Below, piece by piece: positions 1 to 9,574 of a stretch of DNA of 64,000 nucleotides. The position numbers were made by a program, and so were the translations under genes. The notes below the pieces were generated by a model. The model had not been told where the DNA came from. It ran no database searches and saw nothing but the letters and a program-made list of their open reading frames with translations. Source of the stretch: Gemmatimonadota bacterium (GTDB taxonomy: Bacteria > Gemmatimonadota > Gemmatimonadetes > Palauibacterales > Palauibacteraceae); assembly GCA_029262175.1 (NCBI GenBank), contig JAJCZV010000072.1, forward strand, positions 152,537 to 216,536. Direction: 5' to 3'. How positions within the stretch are numbered: the first letter of the stretch is position 1; every line of letters starts with the position of its first letter.

Positions 1-892
1 CCACACCTGGCAGGCCCGGGATAATCTGCGACTCGGGATTCGCGAGTCGCACCGTGACGCGCGCCGATTCAGAATCCGGGTCGATGAGCGGATTCACGCT
101 CACGACGCGACCGTGAAAGACCTGTCCGGGTAAGGCCGCGAAGATCACCGTGGCTTGGCGGCCGACCTCCACGAGGGGAAGCTCGGTGTGAAGAACCTCG
201 GCGTCGATTTCGATCTGGGAGAGATCGACGATGGTGGCGACTGAATCTCCGATATTGACCCGACTCCCCAGATCGACCGCCATGTTCGCGATGCGACCTG
301 AAAACGGCGCCACGATCCGCGTCTTGGCCAGCTCGTATTCCGCTTCCTCGAGTACGGCCTCGCGTTCATCGAGTCCGACCCGAACCCGGGCCAGACGTTC
401 ACGAGCGGCGCGGTCTTCAAGATCCTGAATCTCGTCATCGAACAGGATCTTGTCTTGAAACTCGGCCTGCGCTCGTTCCAGCTGGCCTCGCGCCTGCCGA
501 ACTCGAAGCACATAAACGGTCGTGTCCAGTCGAGCGAGGACATCGCCTTCGCGCACATAGCGACCTTCCCTCCCGGTCGCTTCGATGACGGACCCTTCGA
601 CTTCGGCATGCAGGGGCGCGATCCGCCTCGGGGCCGCCCGTCCGGTCGCCTCGACCCACATGACGAAGGTGTCGCGCCGAATCGCCGCCCCCTCGACGGG
701 GATGGCGATCTCGGTCGAGAACGCGGCCGCCGAAGCCGTTCCTTCCACGGCCGCGACCACCGAGTCGGTCGCGGCGTCGCCGGTAGCGGCGGTGCCGTCC
801 TCATCCTCTGCGTTGAGTCGGAGAAAGATCCCCACGAGCGCCGCGCCGGCGACAAGGAAGACTACGAGCGTAACCCAATGACGTGATTTCAT
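1..892 (-). CDS. efflux RND transporter periplasmic adaptor subunit (HlyD/membrane-fusion protein family); start inside window, 3' end beyond window start
   Basis: My own minus-strand translation from ATG at 890-892: MKSRHWVTLVVFLVAGAALVGIFLRLNAEDEDG...then coiled-coil and lipoyl/beta-barrel-like segments (…IANMAVDLGSRVNIGDSVATIVDLSQIEIDAEVLHTELPLVEVGRQATVIFAALPGQVFHGRVVSVNPLIDPDSESARVTVRL…) typical of MFP adaptors; frame stays open to position 1. Absent from supplied ORF track because no stop lies inside the window. Confidence 0.6.
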   Translation of the reverse strand, partial: MKSRHWVTLVVFLVAGAALVGIFLRLNAEDEDGTAATGDAATDSVVAAVEGTASAAAFSTEIAIPVEGAAIRRDTFVMWVEATGRAAPRRIAPLHAEVEGSVIEATGREGRYVREGDVLARLDTTVYVLRVRQARGQLERAQAEFQDKILFDDEIQDLEDRAARERLARVRVGLDEREAVLEEAEYELAKTRIVAPFSGRIANMAVDLGSRVNIGDSVATIVDLSQIEIDAEVLHTELPLVEVGRQATVIFAALPGQVFHGRVVSVNPLIDPDSESARVTVRLANPESQIIPGLPGV

Positions 893-1126
893 GCTTCGCA
901 CCGTTGGAGTGACGCGGGTCCATCCGGCCCCCCACGCGGGTTGCCATCGACATGTCCGCTCATTATAGCCCTCGATGGCTCGATTGGGGCGGGCAGCCCG
1001 ATCCTCATTTGGGACGGGCGTGCAGCCCGATCGCGCCGAAGCCAATCTGGCACTAGCCTGTCAAAGCACGGTCAACCACCGCTTCTGACCCCCATCCAAA
1101 GCGAACCGTTGTCTACGGGAGTTCTC

Positions 1127-1882
1127 ATGATCGACCGAAGTGATGACGCGGGCGTGGCACTGATCCGCATGTGCAGCGAGCCCGCGAACGTGTTGACCAC
1201 GGAATTTGCGGACGCGCTGTCGGCGGAATTGGCGCGCGCGCGCGACGACGAATCGGTTCGGGCGGTGGTCCTCACGGGTACCGGCTCGGCGTTCTCCGCC
1301 GGGGTCGACCTATTTCGCCTCGTCGACGAGGGAGCCACCTACGTCGACGCGCTCCTGTCTTCTCTCGACGAGTTGTTCGCCAGCTTGTCCAGCTTCCCCA
1401 AACCATTGGTTGCAGCGGTCAACGGACATGCGATCGCGGGCGGCGCCGTCATGGTCTGCGCCTGCGACTATCGGGTCATGGCGGAAGGAAACGGCAAGGT
1501 CGGACTCCCCGAATTGCGCGTCGGAGTCCCCTTCCCTGCGATCGCGCTTCTCACGGTTCGCAACGCGGTTCCCATCCGATATCAGAGAGAGGTCCTTCTT
1601 CTCGGCGCCAACTATGGACCGGCCGAAGCGATCGAACGCGGGTTCATCGATGAAGTGGTCGGCGCCGATGAGGTGTTGCCGCGCGCCAAAGCAGTGGCCG
1701 GGAAACTGGCCCAGATTCCGGCGCACACGTACGCGTTCGCCAAACGCCAACTACTCTGTGCCGCGAGGGGCGGAGAGCCGAGCAAGATGGAAGACGAACT
1801 GCTCGAGATTTGGCGCGCCCCTGAAACGCACGGGCACATCCGGGGGTACCTCGACGCGACGCTGGGTCGGTCGTCCGGCTAA
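1127..1882 (+). CDS. enoyl-CoA hydratase/isomerase (crotonase-fold) family protein
   Basis: ORF 941-1882; crotonase signatures (VVLTGTGSAFSAGVDL..., AAVNGHAIAGGAVMVCACDYRV, GLPELRVGVPFP); likely true start ATG 1127 (MIDRSDDAGVALIRM) preceded by gggag. Confidence 0.75.
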   Translation: MIDRSDDAGVALIRMCSEPANVLTTEFADALSAELARARDDESVRAVVLTGTGSAFSAGVDLFRLVDEGATYVDALLSSLDELFASLSSFPKPLVAAVNGHAIAGGAVMVCACDYRVMAEGNGKVGLPELRVGVPFPAIALLTVRNAVPIRYQREVLLLGANYGPAEAIERGFIDEVVGADEVLPRAKAVAGKLAQIPAHTYAFAKRQLLCAARGGEPSKMEDELLEIWRAPETHGHIRGYLDATLGRSSG

Positions 1883-1916
1883 CGCCCAGTTCGTAGGCGA
1901 GTGGTCATCGCGAACA

Positions 1917-1960
1917 AAGAAAAGCAGCGCACGCGGAACAGATCGCGGCGCTGCTTTTCC
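1917..1960. terminator. bidirectional rho-independent terminator-like hairpin between convergent genes
   Basis: aaagAAAAGCAGCGCacgcggaacagatcGCGGCGCTGCTTTTcc: GC-rich stem flanked by A-run on one side and T-run on the other, lying between crotonase (+) stop and aminotransferase (-) stop. Confidence 0.5.
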
Positions 1961-1992
1961 CGGTCCGGATCGCAGATCGAGTCGGCTTGAAC

Positions 1993-3141
1993 CTAGATCC
2001 AACTCTTCTTTCTAAAGTCCCACATGACCTCGGATAGCCGTGACATGTCTTCGGGCAGCCCCATCGACAGACGGCTCCAGTCCGTCATGGGCGGGAACGG
2101 CCGTCCGACGTTGAAGCCGGCATCGAACATGCGCTGGTTGTAATCAGCCAGCTCGCCGGGGATCCGGTGCATGATGAAGTTGGTCTGGCTCGGAAGCACT
2201 TCGATGTCCAACTGCGACAGCGTGTCCGTGATGATGCGCTTGGCTTCGTTGTTGGTGTGCACGCTCTTGTTGAAGAACTCACCATCGTTCATCGACGCGA
2301 CCGCAGCCACACCGGCGAGATGGTTCGGCTGGTTCTGAGTCGTAAACGGGCGTAGGCGCTGCACGGTCGCCGGATGCGCGACGCCATATCCGAGTCGTAC
2401 GCCCGCCATCGCGTAGACCTTCGAGAAGGTGCGCACGGCGATGACGTTCGGGTGGTCCGCAACCCATGGGATAAACGTTCGATATCCTGGATCGCTCGCG
2501 AGCTCGAAATACGCCTCGTCGATCAGGAAGAGATGTTGCTCGCTCTCTTCTTTGACCCAAGCCTCGATGTCATCACACGACGTCAGCGTACCCGTCGGAT
2601 TGTTCGGATTACAAAAATACAGGATGCTTGGTGCGGACGACTTCTTCGCTTCTTCGCGCATGCGACCGATGTCGTGCTGGTAGTCGCTCGTGAGCGGCAC
2701 CTTCACGTGGTCGTAGGGGAACGGTTGCGCATAGTCCGGTACATCTTCGAACGTCGGCTGCGCATAAATTAGTTTCCCACCAGGCGCCGCCCAGGCCGCC
2801 ACGGCAACGCGCAGGATCTCGGTCGATCCGGATCCAAAGAAGAGCTGGTTCTGCGGCACCCCGAGGCGTGTGGCGAGCGTCTCGCGCAGGAGCGCTCCGA
2901 TCGCACCCGGATACCGATTGGCCTCGTCGAGACCGCCCAAGATGGCTTCGCGGGCAGATGGAGCCAGCCCCAGCGGGTTCTCGTTCGAGCTCAGTCGGAC
3001 GGGCCCGTTCTCGTCGTACCTACGCGGGTTGAAGATCGGCGCGAGAGTGCGAGCTGTCGCCGCTCCGGCGAGGGGAGTCGCTGCGAGCCCGGCCACGCCG
3101 GCACCCGTCAATCCAGTACGAAGAAACGCCCTGCGCTTCAT
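1993..3141 (-). CDS. class I/II PLP-dependent aminotransferase (histidinol-phosphate aminotransferase-like) with N-terminal twin-arginine (Tat) signal
   Basis: 382-aa ORF; N-terminus MKRRAFLRTGLTGAGVAGLAATPLAGAAT = Tat motif RRxFLR plus hydrophobic h-region; body has HisC-like motifs (LSSNENPLG, YFCNPNNPTG, RTFSKVYAMAGVRLGY). Confidence 0.7.
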   Translation of the reverse strand: MKRRAFLRTGLTGAGVAGLAATPLAGAATARTLAPIFNPRRYDENGPVRLSSNENPLGLAPSAREAILGGLDEANRYPGAIGALLRETLATRLGVPQNQLFFGSGSTEILRVAVAAWAAPGGKLIYAQPTFEDVPDYAQPFPYDHVKVPLTSDYQHDIGRMREEAKKSSAPSILYFCNPNNPTGTLTSCDDIEAWVKEESEQHLFLIDEAYFELASDPGYRTFIPWVADHPNVIAVRTFSKVYAMAGVRLGYGVAHPATVQRLRPFTTQNQPNHLAGVAAVASMNDGEFFNKSVHTNNEAKRIITDTLSQLDIEVLPSQTNFIMHRIPGELADYNQRMFDAGFNVGRPFPPMTDWSRLSMGLPEDMSRLSEVMWDFRKKSWI

Positions 3142-3355
3142 GCTGAGCCTCCTGAGCTGAGTGCGCGATGAACATCGCGGGGGGCCGCCCGAGACAGGCC
3201 AGGAGCTGGCCGCCTTGAAGGCGCCCGAAACCGACCACCCTCCCTGAACATTGCAGAATTCGCGCGGATAGTCCAGTCCAGCGGCTCTCTCGCGGGAACC
3301 GCTCGGGCGGCCGAGGACTCGGCGAGCGGGCCGAGGACTCCGGCCCTGGACGGGG

Positions 3356-4666
3356 CTAGTTGGAAGGACGGCGGGGCGGCCGCGGCGTTTTCCCGAGGCT
3401 ATCAGGGTCGACCGCGATCGAGTCTAGCTTCGAAAGCGATTGGGCGAGGGTCACGTCGAGGTTTGTCAGAAACTGTTCCATCGAAACCCCATCGATGTCG
3501 ATTTCAAACTCCCCCCCGAGCTCTGAGAGAATTTTTAGCGCTCTACGCTGATACCGCTCGGCCCTGCGCTGGGCGTCGGCTTCGCGCGATTCGGCACCGA
3601 CCTCGACGCTCGCGGCCTCGACCTCTTCGCCTACCGCTTCCCGGTCTTCGGACCGGTCCCGGCTTCCGCGCCGATTCGCGAGCCGGGCCATGGGTAAGAT
3701 AAACGTCGTATCATGGCTCGCCGCGCGTTCAAAAGATCTGGCGGCCTCCTCGTGCTTCCCGGCGCGTTCAAGCGCAACGCCCTCGTGGAAGGCTCCGAGC
3801 GCTTCCATGTCCTGAGTCCCGACGATCGCAAGCCGGGGAGGAGGAGGTCTGCCTGCGCGTTCGAGACCGACCGAAGGCGCGAGCAGCATGGTGAGTGAAT
3901 CGACCATGGTGAATACGTCGTCGCCCCGGACGCGTTCGGCATCGATGACGGCCCCCGTCTCGATGTCGATGATCTGGGCATCAATCACCAGATCGTCGGC
4001 CGACCCGGAGACGGTACCCCAGAGCATGGTTCGCGCACCTGACGCTCGCGCCACGGCCGACGCCAACTGATCCGGAATCTGTTCTTCTTCGGTGCGTCCC
4101 TCTTCGGTCAGCAAGTCGTAGAGACGCTGTCGACCCACGACCTGAAGACCTTCAATCTGAGCAAAGTTCGTCGTCAGAAGATCCGCGAGCCCGGAGCCGA
4201 GCCACGCCAACTCGGCATCGGCGATGTTGTTCTTGAACGGCAACACGGCGAGTGAAGGGCCGCGCAGGCGATCCGGGGCGTCCGCGACCAGATCCCCGTC
4301 TCCGTTGGGGGCCGGGGCAAGCGTCTCTACAGCGGAGCCCTCTTCCGGGATCGACTCGCCCGTGGCGATTTGGTAAGACCCCACCGCCCCCATGACGCCC
4401 AGCGTCACCAACATCCACAGTTCGGAGCGTCGGGCCCGCTGAGGCCCGCGCTCCCCGTGGAACCACCCGATGATGAGAAACGCCGGAAAGCCGAGGACCG
4501 CGAGCAGCACGACGGTGTCGAGGATCTTTCTCGACATTCCGTAGGTCCCGACGAGAAAATCGGTGATCTCGATGAAGAGCCAGCCGCCGCCCAGATACAG
4601 AAGGGCGATCTGGAACAGGTGACGCTTCTTTAGCTCATCGAACATCGACACGGGTGCCTCGCTCAC
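3356..4666 (-). CDS. membrane-anchored hypothetical protein with TolB_N/FlgO-like periplasmic domain and acidic/Arg-rich C-terminal tail
   Basis: 436-aa ORF; two N-terminal TM helices (FQIALLYLGGGWLFIEI..., VVLLAVLGFPAFLIIGWF), then SLAVLPFKNNIADAELAWLGSGLADLLTTNF motif typical of TolB-N-like sensor modules, low-complexity C-terminus. Confidence 0.55.
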   Translation of the reverse strand: MSEAPVSMFDELKKRHLFQIALLYLGGGWLFIEITDFLVGTYGMSRKILDTVVLLAVLGFPAFLIIGWFHGERGPQRARRSELWMLVTLGVMGAVGSYQIATGESIPEEGSAVETLAPAPNGDGDLVADAPDRLRGPSLAVLPFKNNIADAELAWLGSGLADLLTTNFAQIEGLQVVGRQRLYDLLTEEGRTEEEQIPDQLASAVARASGARTMLWGTVSGSADDLVIDAQIIDIETGAVIDAERVRGDDVFTMVDSLTMLLAPSVGLERAGRPPPPRLAIVGTQDMEALGAFHEGVALERAGKHEEAARSFERAASHDTTFILPMARLANRRGSRDRSEDREAVGEEVEAASVEVGAESREADAQRRAERYQRRALKILSELGGEFEIDIDGVSMEQFLTNLDVTLAQSLSKLDSIAVDPDSLGKTPRPPRRPSN

Positions 4667-4793
4667 TCTCGCTTCATCTATCCCAAAAACCGCCGACCAA
4701 CGCTCAGTCGTGCGAGCTAGCGTACTTCGCTCACCTTACGGTGTTCCTTATGACAACGTGGCGACCCGTTTGGTTTGTTTCGCGAAGAGAACG

Positions 4794-7700
4794 CTAGCGC
4801 CGATTCCCCTCGGAGTCGGGTTCGTCCCAAAATCCGAAACCTTCCTTTCGGACGACCTCGACCGACGTCGTGTAGGTCTCGTCGCCGATCGTGATCGCGA
4901 CCGTGTACGTACCCGGGTCGGCCAAACCGCCGCCGCCACCGCGACCCCCACCGAAGAAGCGGCGGAAACCGCCCGCTCCGCGATCGCGTAGCGCGCCCAT
5001 CAACTGTTGAAAGACCTCTCGGGTCGCCTCTGGATCGCCGCCGCCCGGACCCGCGGCTCCACCGGCCCGCTGTCCAGGTCCGCGTCCACCGCCGTCGGCC
5101 TGACCCGCTTCCGGGTACCGTTCACCGGCGCGTTCGGTCCAGCCGCTGCCAGCCGCTTGGCCGCCACCGCCGCCGCCGAACATCCTCCGGATCCCCGCCT
5201 GGTTCCCGCCCTGCACCATCCCGAGCACCTGATCCATCGTCGCTCGGTCGACGTCTTCGTGGGCCACCAGCGAGTCACCAATCTCGGTGTACATGCGCGC
5301 GTTGCGAATGCTGTCGGCCCGCTCGGAGGGCGACATCTCGGCTGGAGCCCCCCGCCGATCGAGATCCCAACGGACCCGGTTGATCCCGGCCACGACGGGC
5401 GCGGTCAGGGTCTGCACGGTGTCGCCCGAGGCGTCGAGAATCGCGACCGACGCCTGCACGCCGGCTCCTCCTCGACCGGGTCCACCGCCCCCACCCCTTC
5501 GCCCGGCAAACCCAGGCGGCCCTCCGGCGGGTGGGCCCGCCTGCTCTCCGGCGGGTGGGCCTGCCTGCTCCCCCGCGGCGTCCCGTTGTTCGCGCATGGC
5601 CGCTCGCGCCGCTTCTCCCAACTGGGTCGCAACGGCCTCGGGGACGTAATACGCGATCTCCGCCCCATACTCGCCGGCATCACCTTGGAACGTGCTCTGG
5701 GCGATGAACTCGCCGCCGAACGGCGTGTCGCCGTGCTGCACCGCGGTGCGCGACTGGAACACGACCGGCGCATCGGGCAGGCGACCGCCCGCCAACTGCT
5801 GAAGCGGCGCGATGTCCGCGATGTACACCGAGCGGCCGTGCGTGCCCGCGATGAGCTCGTGGTCGCGCGGGTGAATCCTGAGATCGTGGACGGGGACGGT
5901 CGGCAGGCCGTTCATGAAGCGCGACCACGAGCCGCCGCGGTCGGTAGACACATATGCCCCTACGTCCGTCCCGACAAAAAGGAGATTCGGGTTGATCGGA
6001 TCCTCGCGAACGACGTGGACAAAATCAGGCGCTCCCGACGGGAGATTCGAGGAGATGTTCGCGAAGGTCTCTCCACGGTCGTGCGTCACATAGACATAGG
6101 GCGAGTAGTCGTCTCGACGATGATTGTCGAACGTCACGAAAAAGCGATCGGGGTCGTGATTCGAGGGCTCGATCCGGCTCACATAAGTCCCTGCCGGCAC
6201 CCCTGGGAATCGATCGGTGAGTTCGATCCATTCGGCACCCTCTGGAGTCCGCCAGACGCGTCCGTCGTCGGTACCCGCGTAGAGCTCGCCTTCGTTCAGC
6301 TTGGATTCGGCGAGCGAAACGATGGTGGCGAAGTTCTCGGCACCGGTCACATCTGGCGTGATCCCACCCGTCGTGGAGGTGGCGACTTTGATCTTCTCGG
6401 GATCGGCATAGGTGAGGTCGGGCGAAAGCGGCTGCATCTCGTCCGTGTCGTACGTCCACTTGAGAACCCGATTCGAGCCGATGTATAGCGTCTGCGGATC
6501 GTGTGGAGAAAGCTCGAGCGGGGTATTCCAGTTAAACCTCATGTCAAGCAACACAGAGTCAGCAGTCACAAGGGCTTGCAGCGCTTCGATCTGGGCCCGC
6601 GCCGATGCGGGCGGCTGGTCCGGATCGTCGCCCGACAGGACCGCGATCGAATCGCGGAGCGGCTTCGTGCGCTCACGCCAGTCCGGTTGCTGCAGCGAGT
6701 GCTGCTCTCCCGTTCGAGTGTTTCGCCAGTAGATCCGCCCCTGCTGTGACTCGCCGAACACGATGTCCGGGTTCGTGGGATCCTGGGGCGCGAAGAACCC
6801 GTCGCCACCCCCGATTTGGAACCACATGTGGTTGTCGATCGAACCGCTGGCGCGACGGCTAGGACCGCACCAGGTCGAATTGTCCTGGAGGCCACCGCAC
6901 ACGCGATATGGCGTATCCATGTTGAAGCTCACGGCGTAGAACTGACCGATGGCGAGCGTATTCGGGAAATCGTAGTTCCCGCCACGATCGCGGGTGATCG
7001 CGATCCCGCCGTCGTTGCCCAAAACGAAATGGTCGGGATTCGACGAGTCCCACCACAGGGCGTGAAAGTCCACATGAACGCCTTGGGCGGGGTTCCCCAC
7101 GGTCTTCCCCCCATCGCGTGAAAAGAAGAGCGACGACCAGAACACCAGGTCGGGGTCGTCCGGCGCCACCCACAACCCGGAGTAATAGAACGGCCGCGAG
7201 TTGTTGGCGTTCATGAACTCCCAGGTGTCGCCGCCGTCGGCCGATCGGTATAGCCCGGTCCCGTGCTTGTCGCCGTTTTCATCCGCCTCTTCCGGGGCCT
7301 CCGCCTCGACCAGCGCATAGACGACCCGAGGATAGCTGGGCGCGATCGCGACCTCCAACCGGCCCAGGGTCGTCTCGGGGAGCCCGCCCCCGCTGACCTT
7401 GTCCCAGGTGTCCCCGCCATCGGTGGTTTTCCAAATCGCGCTGCCCGGCCCGCCGCTCTGCAGGTAGTAGGGTCCGCGCACGCGTTCCCAGCTGGTGGCC
7501 CAAAGGATCTCGGGGTTGCGAGGGTGAATATCGATGTCCACAAACCCGGCGTCGGCACTCACGAAGTGCACTCGATCCCAGGTGTCCCCGCCATCGGTCG
7601 TCCGGTAGATGCCGCGCTCGTCGTTCGCCCCCCAGGGGTGTCCGAGGGCCGCGACGTAGACCCAGTCCGCTTTGGTGGGATGCACCACGATCCGGCCGAT

Positions 7701-8135
7701 CGCCTGCGTGCCCTCGAGGCCCTTGAGTTCCCAAGTCAGTCCGCCATCGACCGACTTGTAGATGCCACCGCCCGGCGAGATGGAGTTTCTCGAATCTTCC
7801 TCGCCGGTCCCGGCCCAAATGATGTCGGGGTCACTCGGTGCGATCGCCAAATCGCCCATCGACACCACGCGCTCGTTGTCGAACACGGGACGGAACGTCG
7901 TGCCGGAATTCGTGGTCTTCCAAATGCCGCTCGTAGCGCCGGCGACAAAAAAGGTCCCCGTGCCCGGTATCCCTTCGATGTCGGTCACACGTCCGGCGGT
8001 GTTCGCCGGTCCGATCGATCGCCAAGAGAGGCCGTCCATAAACGTGGCGTCGTCCACAGCCAAGCCTTGGCTATGCGCGAGACCAGGCAGGGCGATGAGC
8101 GCGACTAGGACTACGAGAGCGAGACGTCTGAACAT
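4794..8135 (-). CDS. secreted BNR/sortilin (VPS10)-type repeat protein with Gly/Pro-rich low-complexity C-terminal region
   Basis: ORF 4794-8174; probable start ATG 8135 (MFRRLALVVLVALIALPGLAHSQG signal peptide). Many BNR-like repeats (S.DGG.TW: YKSVDGGLTW, YRTTDGGDTW, WKTTDGGDTW, YRSADGGDTW, FFSRDGGKT, YVSTDRGGSW); C-terminal ~250 aa glycine-rich. Confidence 0.75.
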   Translation of the reverse strand: MFRRLALVVLVALIALPGLAHSQGLAVDDATFMDGLSWRSIGPANTAGRVTDIEGIPGTGTFFVAGATSGIWKTTNSGTTFRPVFDNERVVSMGDLAIAPSDPDIIWAGTGEEDSRNSISPGGGIYKSVDGGLTWELKGLEGTQAIGRIVVHPTKADWVYVAALGHPWGANDERGIYRTTDGGDTWDRVHFVSADAGFVDIDIHPRNPEILWATSWERVRGPYYLQSGGPGSAIWKTTDGGDTWDKVSGGGLPETTLGRLEVAIAPSYPRVVYALVEAEAPEEADENGDKHGTGLYRSADGGDTWEFMNANNSRPFYYSGLWVAPDDPDLVFWSSLFFSRDGGKTVGNPAQGVHVDFHALWWDSSNPDHFVLGNDGGIAITRDRGGNYDFPNTLAIGQFYAVSFNMDTPYRVCGGLQDNSTWCGPSRRASGSIDNHMWFQIGGGDGFFAPQDPTNPDIVFGESQQGRIYWRNTRTGEQHSLQQPDWRERTKPLRDSIAVLSGDDPDQPPASARAQIEALQALVTADSVLLDMRFNWNTPLELSPHDPQTLYIGSNRVLKWTYDTDEMQPLSPDLTYADPEKIKVATSTTGGITPDVTGAENFATIVSLAESKLNEGELYAGTDDGRVWRTPEGAEWIELTDRFPGVPAGTYVSRIEPSNHDPDRFFVTFDNHRRDDYSPYVYVTHDRGETFANISSNLPSGAPDFVHVVREDPINPNLLFVGTDVGAYVSTDRGGSWSRFMNGLPTVPVHDLRIHPRDHELIAGTHGRSVYIADIAPLQQLAGGRLPDAPVVFQSRTAVQHGDTPFGGEFIAQSTFQGDAGEYGAEIAYYVPEAVATQLGEAARAAMREQRDAAGEQAGPPAGEQAGPPAGGPPGFAGRRGGGGGPGRGGAGVQASVAILDASGDTVQTLTAPVVAGINRVRWDLDRRGAPAEMSPSERADSIRNARMYTEIGDSLVAHEDVDRATMDQVLGMVQGGNQAGIRRMFGGGGGGQAAGSGWTERAGERYPEAGQADGGGRGPGQRAGGAAGPGGGDPEATREVFQQLMGALRDRGAGGFRRFFGGGRGGGGGLADPGTYTVAITIGDETYTTSVEVVRKEGFGFWDEPDSEGNRR
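5522..5569. repeat. 24-nt in-frame tandem duplication inside BNR/sortilin gene
   Basis: ctccggcgggtgggcc(c/t)gcctgct repeated twice back to back; encodes EQAGPPAG-EQAGPPAG in the minus-strand protein. Confidence 0.6.
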
Positions 8136-8257
8136 CTTCAGAAGACTCCGGTCTGGGGGAGGTGCAAGCGGCATCGGGCGGTTAGGGCCCGGCCTTTAGA
8201 CAACACGCGATACTCCGCGAGCGTTTGAGCGGACCGCTGGGCGCCGTACCATTCAAA

Positions 8258-8830
8258 ATGGACTCTGAGGACATTACCCGACTGCTCGCCGCTGCCAGCG
8301 GGGGGGACGATGAGGCCATGGAACGCGTCGTTGCCTCCATCTACCCGCGTCTGCGCGAGATCGCGCACGCCCGGCGACGCGGGTGGCGCGGCGACGAAAC
8401 GATGGACACCACGGCGTTGGTTCACGAGGCCTATCTCAAGATCGCCCGAGGTTCAGAGGCCGAGTACGAGAGCCGCGGTCACTTCTTCGCCGTCGTCGCG
8501 ACCGCGATGCGGCAGGTCTTGATCAATTACGCGGAGATGAAACGAGCGGCGAAGCGCGGTGGGGGCCGCGTATCGGTGACCCTCCAAGAAGGGGATCTCA
8601 TCGCCGAGGAAAGCTTGGACGAGGTCATCTCGCTCGGCGACGCGCTCGAGAAACTCGAGGCCATCCATCCTCGGCAGGCGCGCGTGGTCGAATGCCTCTT
8701 TTTTGGAGGGTTCGAAATCGCCGAGACTGCCGAGGCGATCGGAATCTCTCCCGCCACGGTCAAACGCGACTGGACCGCCGCCCGAGCTTGGCTGTATCTC
8801 GAGATAGAGCGATCTTCGCCGACCAGTTGA
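8258..8830 (+). CDS. ECF-type RNA polymerase sigma-70 factor (TIGR02999-like / kinase-associated ECF group)
   Basis: ORF 8225-8830 (TTG) with ATG at 8258; sigma-70 region 2 (TTALVHEAYLKI) and region 4 HTH (ARVVECLFFGGFEIAETAEAIGISPATVKRDW); N-terminal LLAAASGGDDEAMERVV typical of the Acidobacteria/Planctomycetes/Gemmatimonadetes ECF clade. Confidence 0.75.
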   Translation: MDSEDITRLLAAASGGDDEAMERVVASIYPRLREIAHARRRGWRGDETMDTTALVHEAYLKIARGSEAEYESRGHFFAVVATAMRQVLINYAEMKRAAKRGGGRVSVTLQEGDLIAEESLDEVISLGDALEKLEAIHPRQARVVECLFFGGFEIAETAEAIGISPATVKRDWTAARAWLYLEIERSSPTS

Positions 8831-8914
8831 CGAAACCGGGTACCCCGGCTGAATGGCCGAGGCCCCCGGCCGAATAGCCGGGCACCCGAACCCTATGACG
8901 ATCCAGGTTTCGCC

Positions 8915-9544
8915 ATGTGGATTCCACGAACGTTTCGAAACGAAGACCTGCCCGAACTCCATAGCCTCATCGACGCGAACAATTTCGGTATGCTGATCAG
9001 CCAGGCTGACGACGAGCCCTTGGCGACTCACCTCCCTTTCATGATCGACCGCGACCGCGGCCCGTTCGGCACGCTCATCGCACACATGGCCAGAGCAAAC
9101 CCGCATTGGAAGTCCTGGGATGCGGCCACTCGCGTATTAACCGTCTTCCAAGGACCTCATGCGTACATCTCGCCGGCATGGTACGAGAATCAGGAGACGG
9201 TCCCGACTTGGAACTACGCCGTCGTACACGCCTATGGCACGCCTACGCTGATCCACGACGGAAGCGATTTGCGGCCCATGGTCGAGCGACTGACCCGGCA
9301 ACACGAGGGCGAATCCACGGAGTGGAGCCTCGCCCAAGCGGAACCGGTCATGGAGAGCGAGCTGAAGGCGATCGTCGGCTTCGAAATCCCGATCGATCGT
9401 CTCGAGGGGAAATACAAATTCAACCAGAATCGCTCTCGCGAGGATCAGGCGGGCGTGGTTCGCAACCTAACAAGCTCGCCACATGCGGACGAACGGGCGG
9501 TCGCCGCAATCATGGACGCCAACTTGTCCGCCGACGGCGAATAG
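8915..9544 (+). CDS. paiB: FMN-binding negative transcriptional regulator, PaiB family
   Basis: 209-aa ORF MWIPRTFRNEDLPELHSLIDANNFGMLI...; PaiB-like length and N-terminal signature; FMN-binding split-barrel fold expected. Confidence 0.65.
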   Translation: MWIPRTFRNEDLPELHSLIDANNFGMLISQADDEPLATHLPFMIDRDRGPFGTLIAHMARANPHWKSWDAATRVLTVFQGPHAYISPAWYENQETVPTWNYAVVHAYGTPTLIHDGSDLRPMVERLTRQHEGESTEWSLAQAEPVMESELKAIVGFEIPIDRLEGKYKFNQNRSREDQAGVVRNLTSSPHADERAVAAIMDANLSADGE

Positions 9545-9574
9545 TCCATACCGCCTCGCCCGAGCGACCTCGGC

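Noticed and set aside
5007-6488. 493-aa plus-strand ORF
   Set aside because: Lies entirely antisense to the well-supported BNR/sortilin gene; Arg/Pro/Gly-rich translation typical of spurious antisense ORFs in high-GC DNA.
8453-9106. 217-aa minus-strand ORF spanning the ECF sigma/PaiB junction
   Set aside because: Overlaps two confidently identified plus-strand genes; no features.
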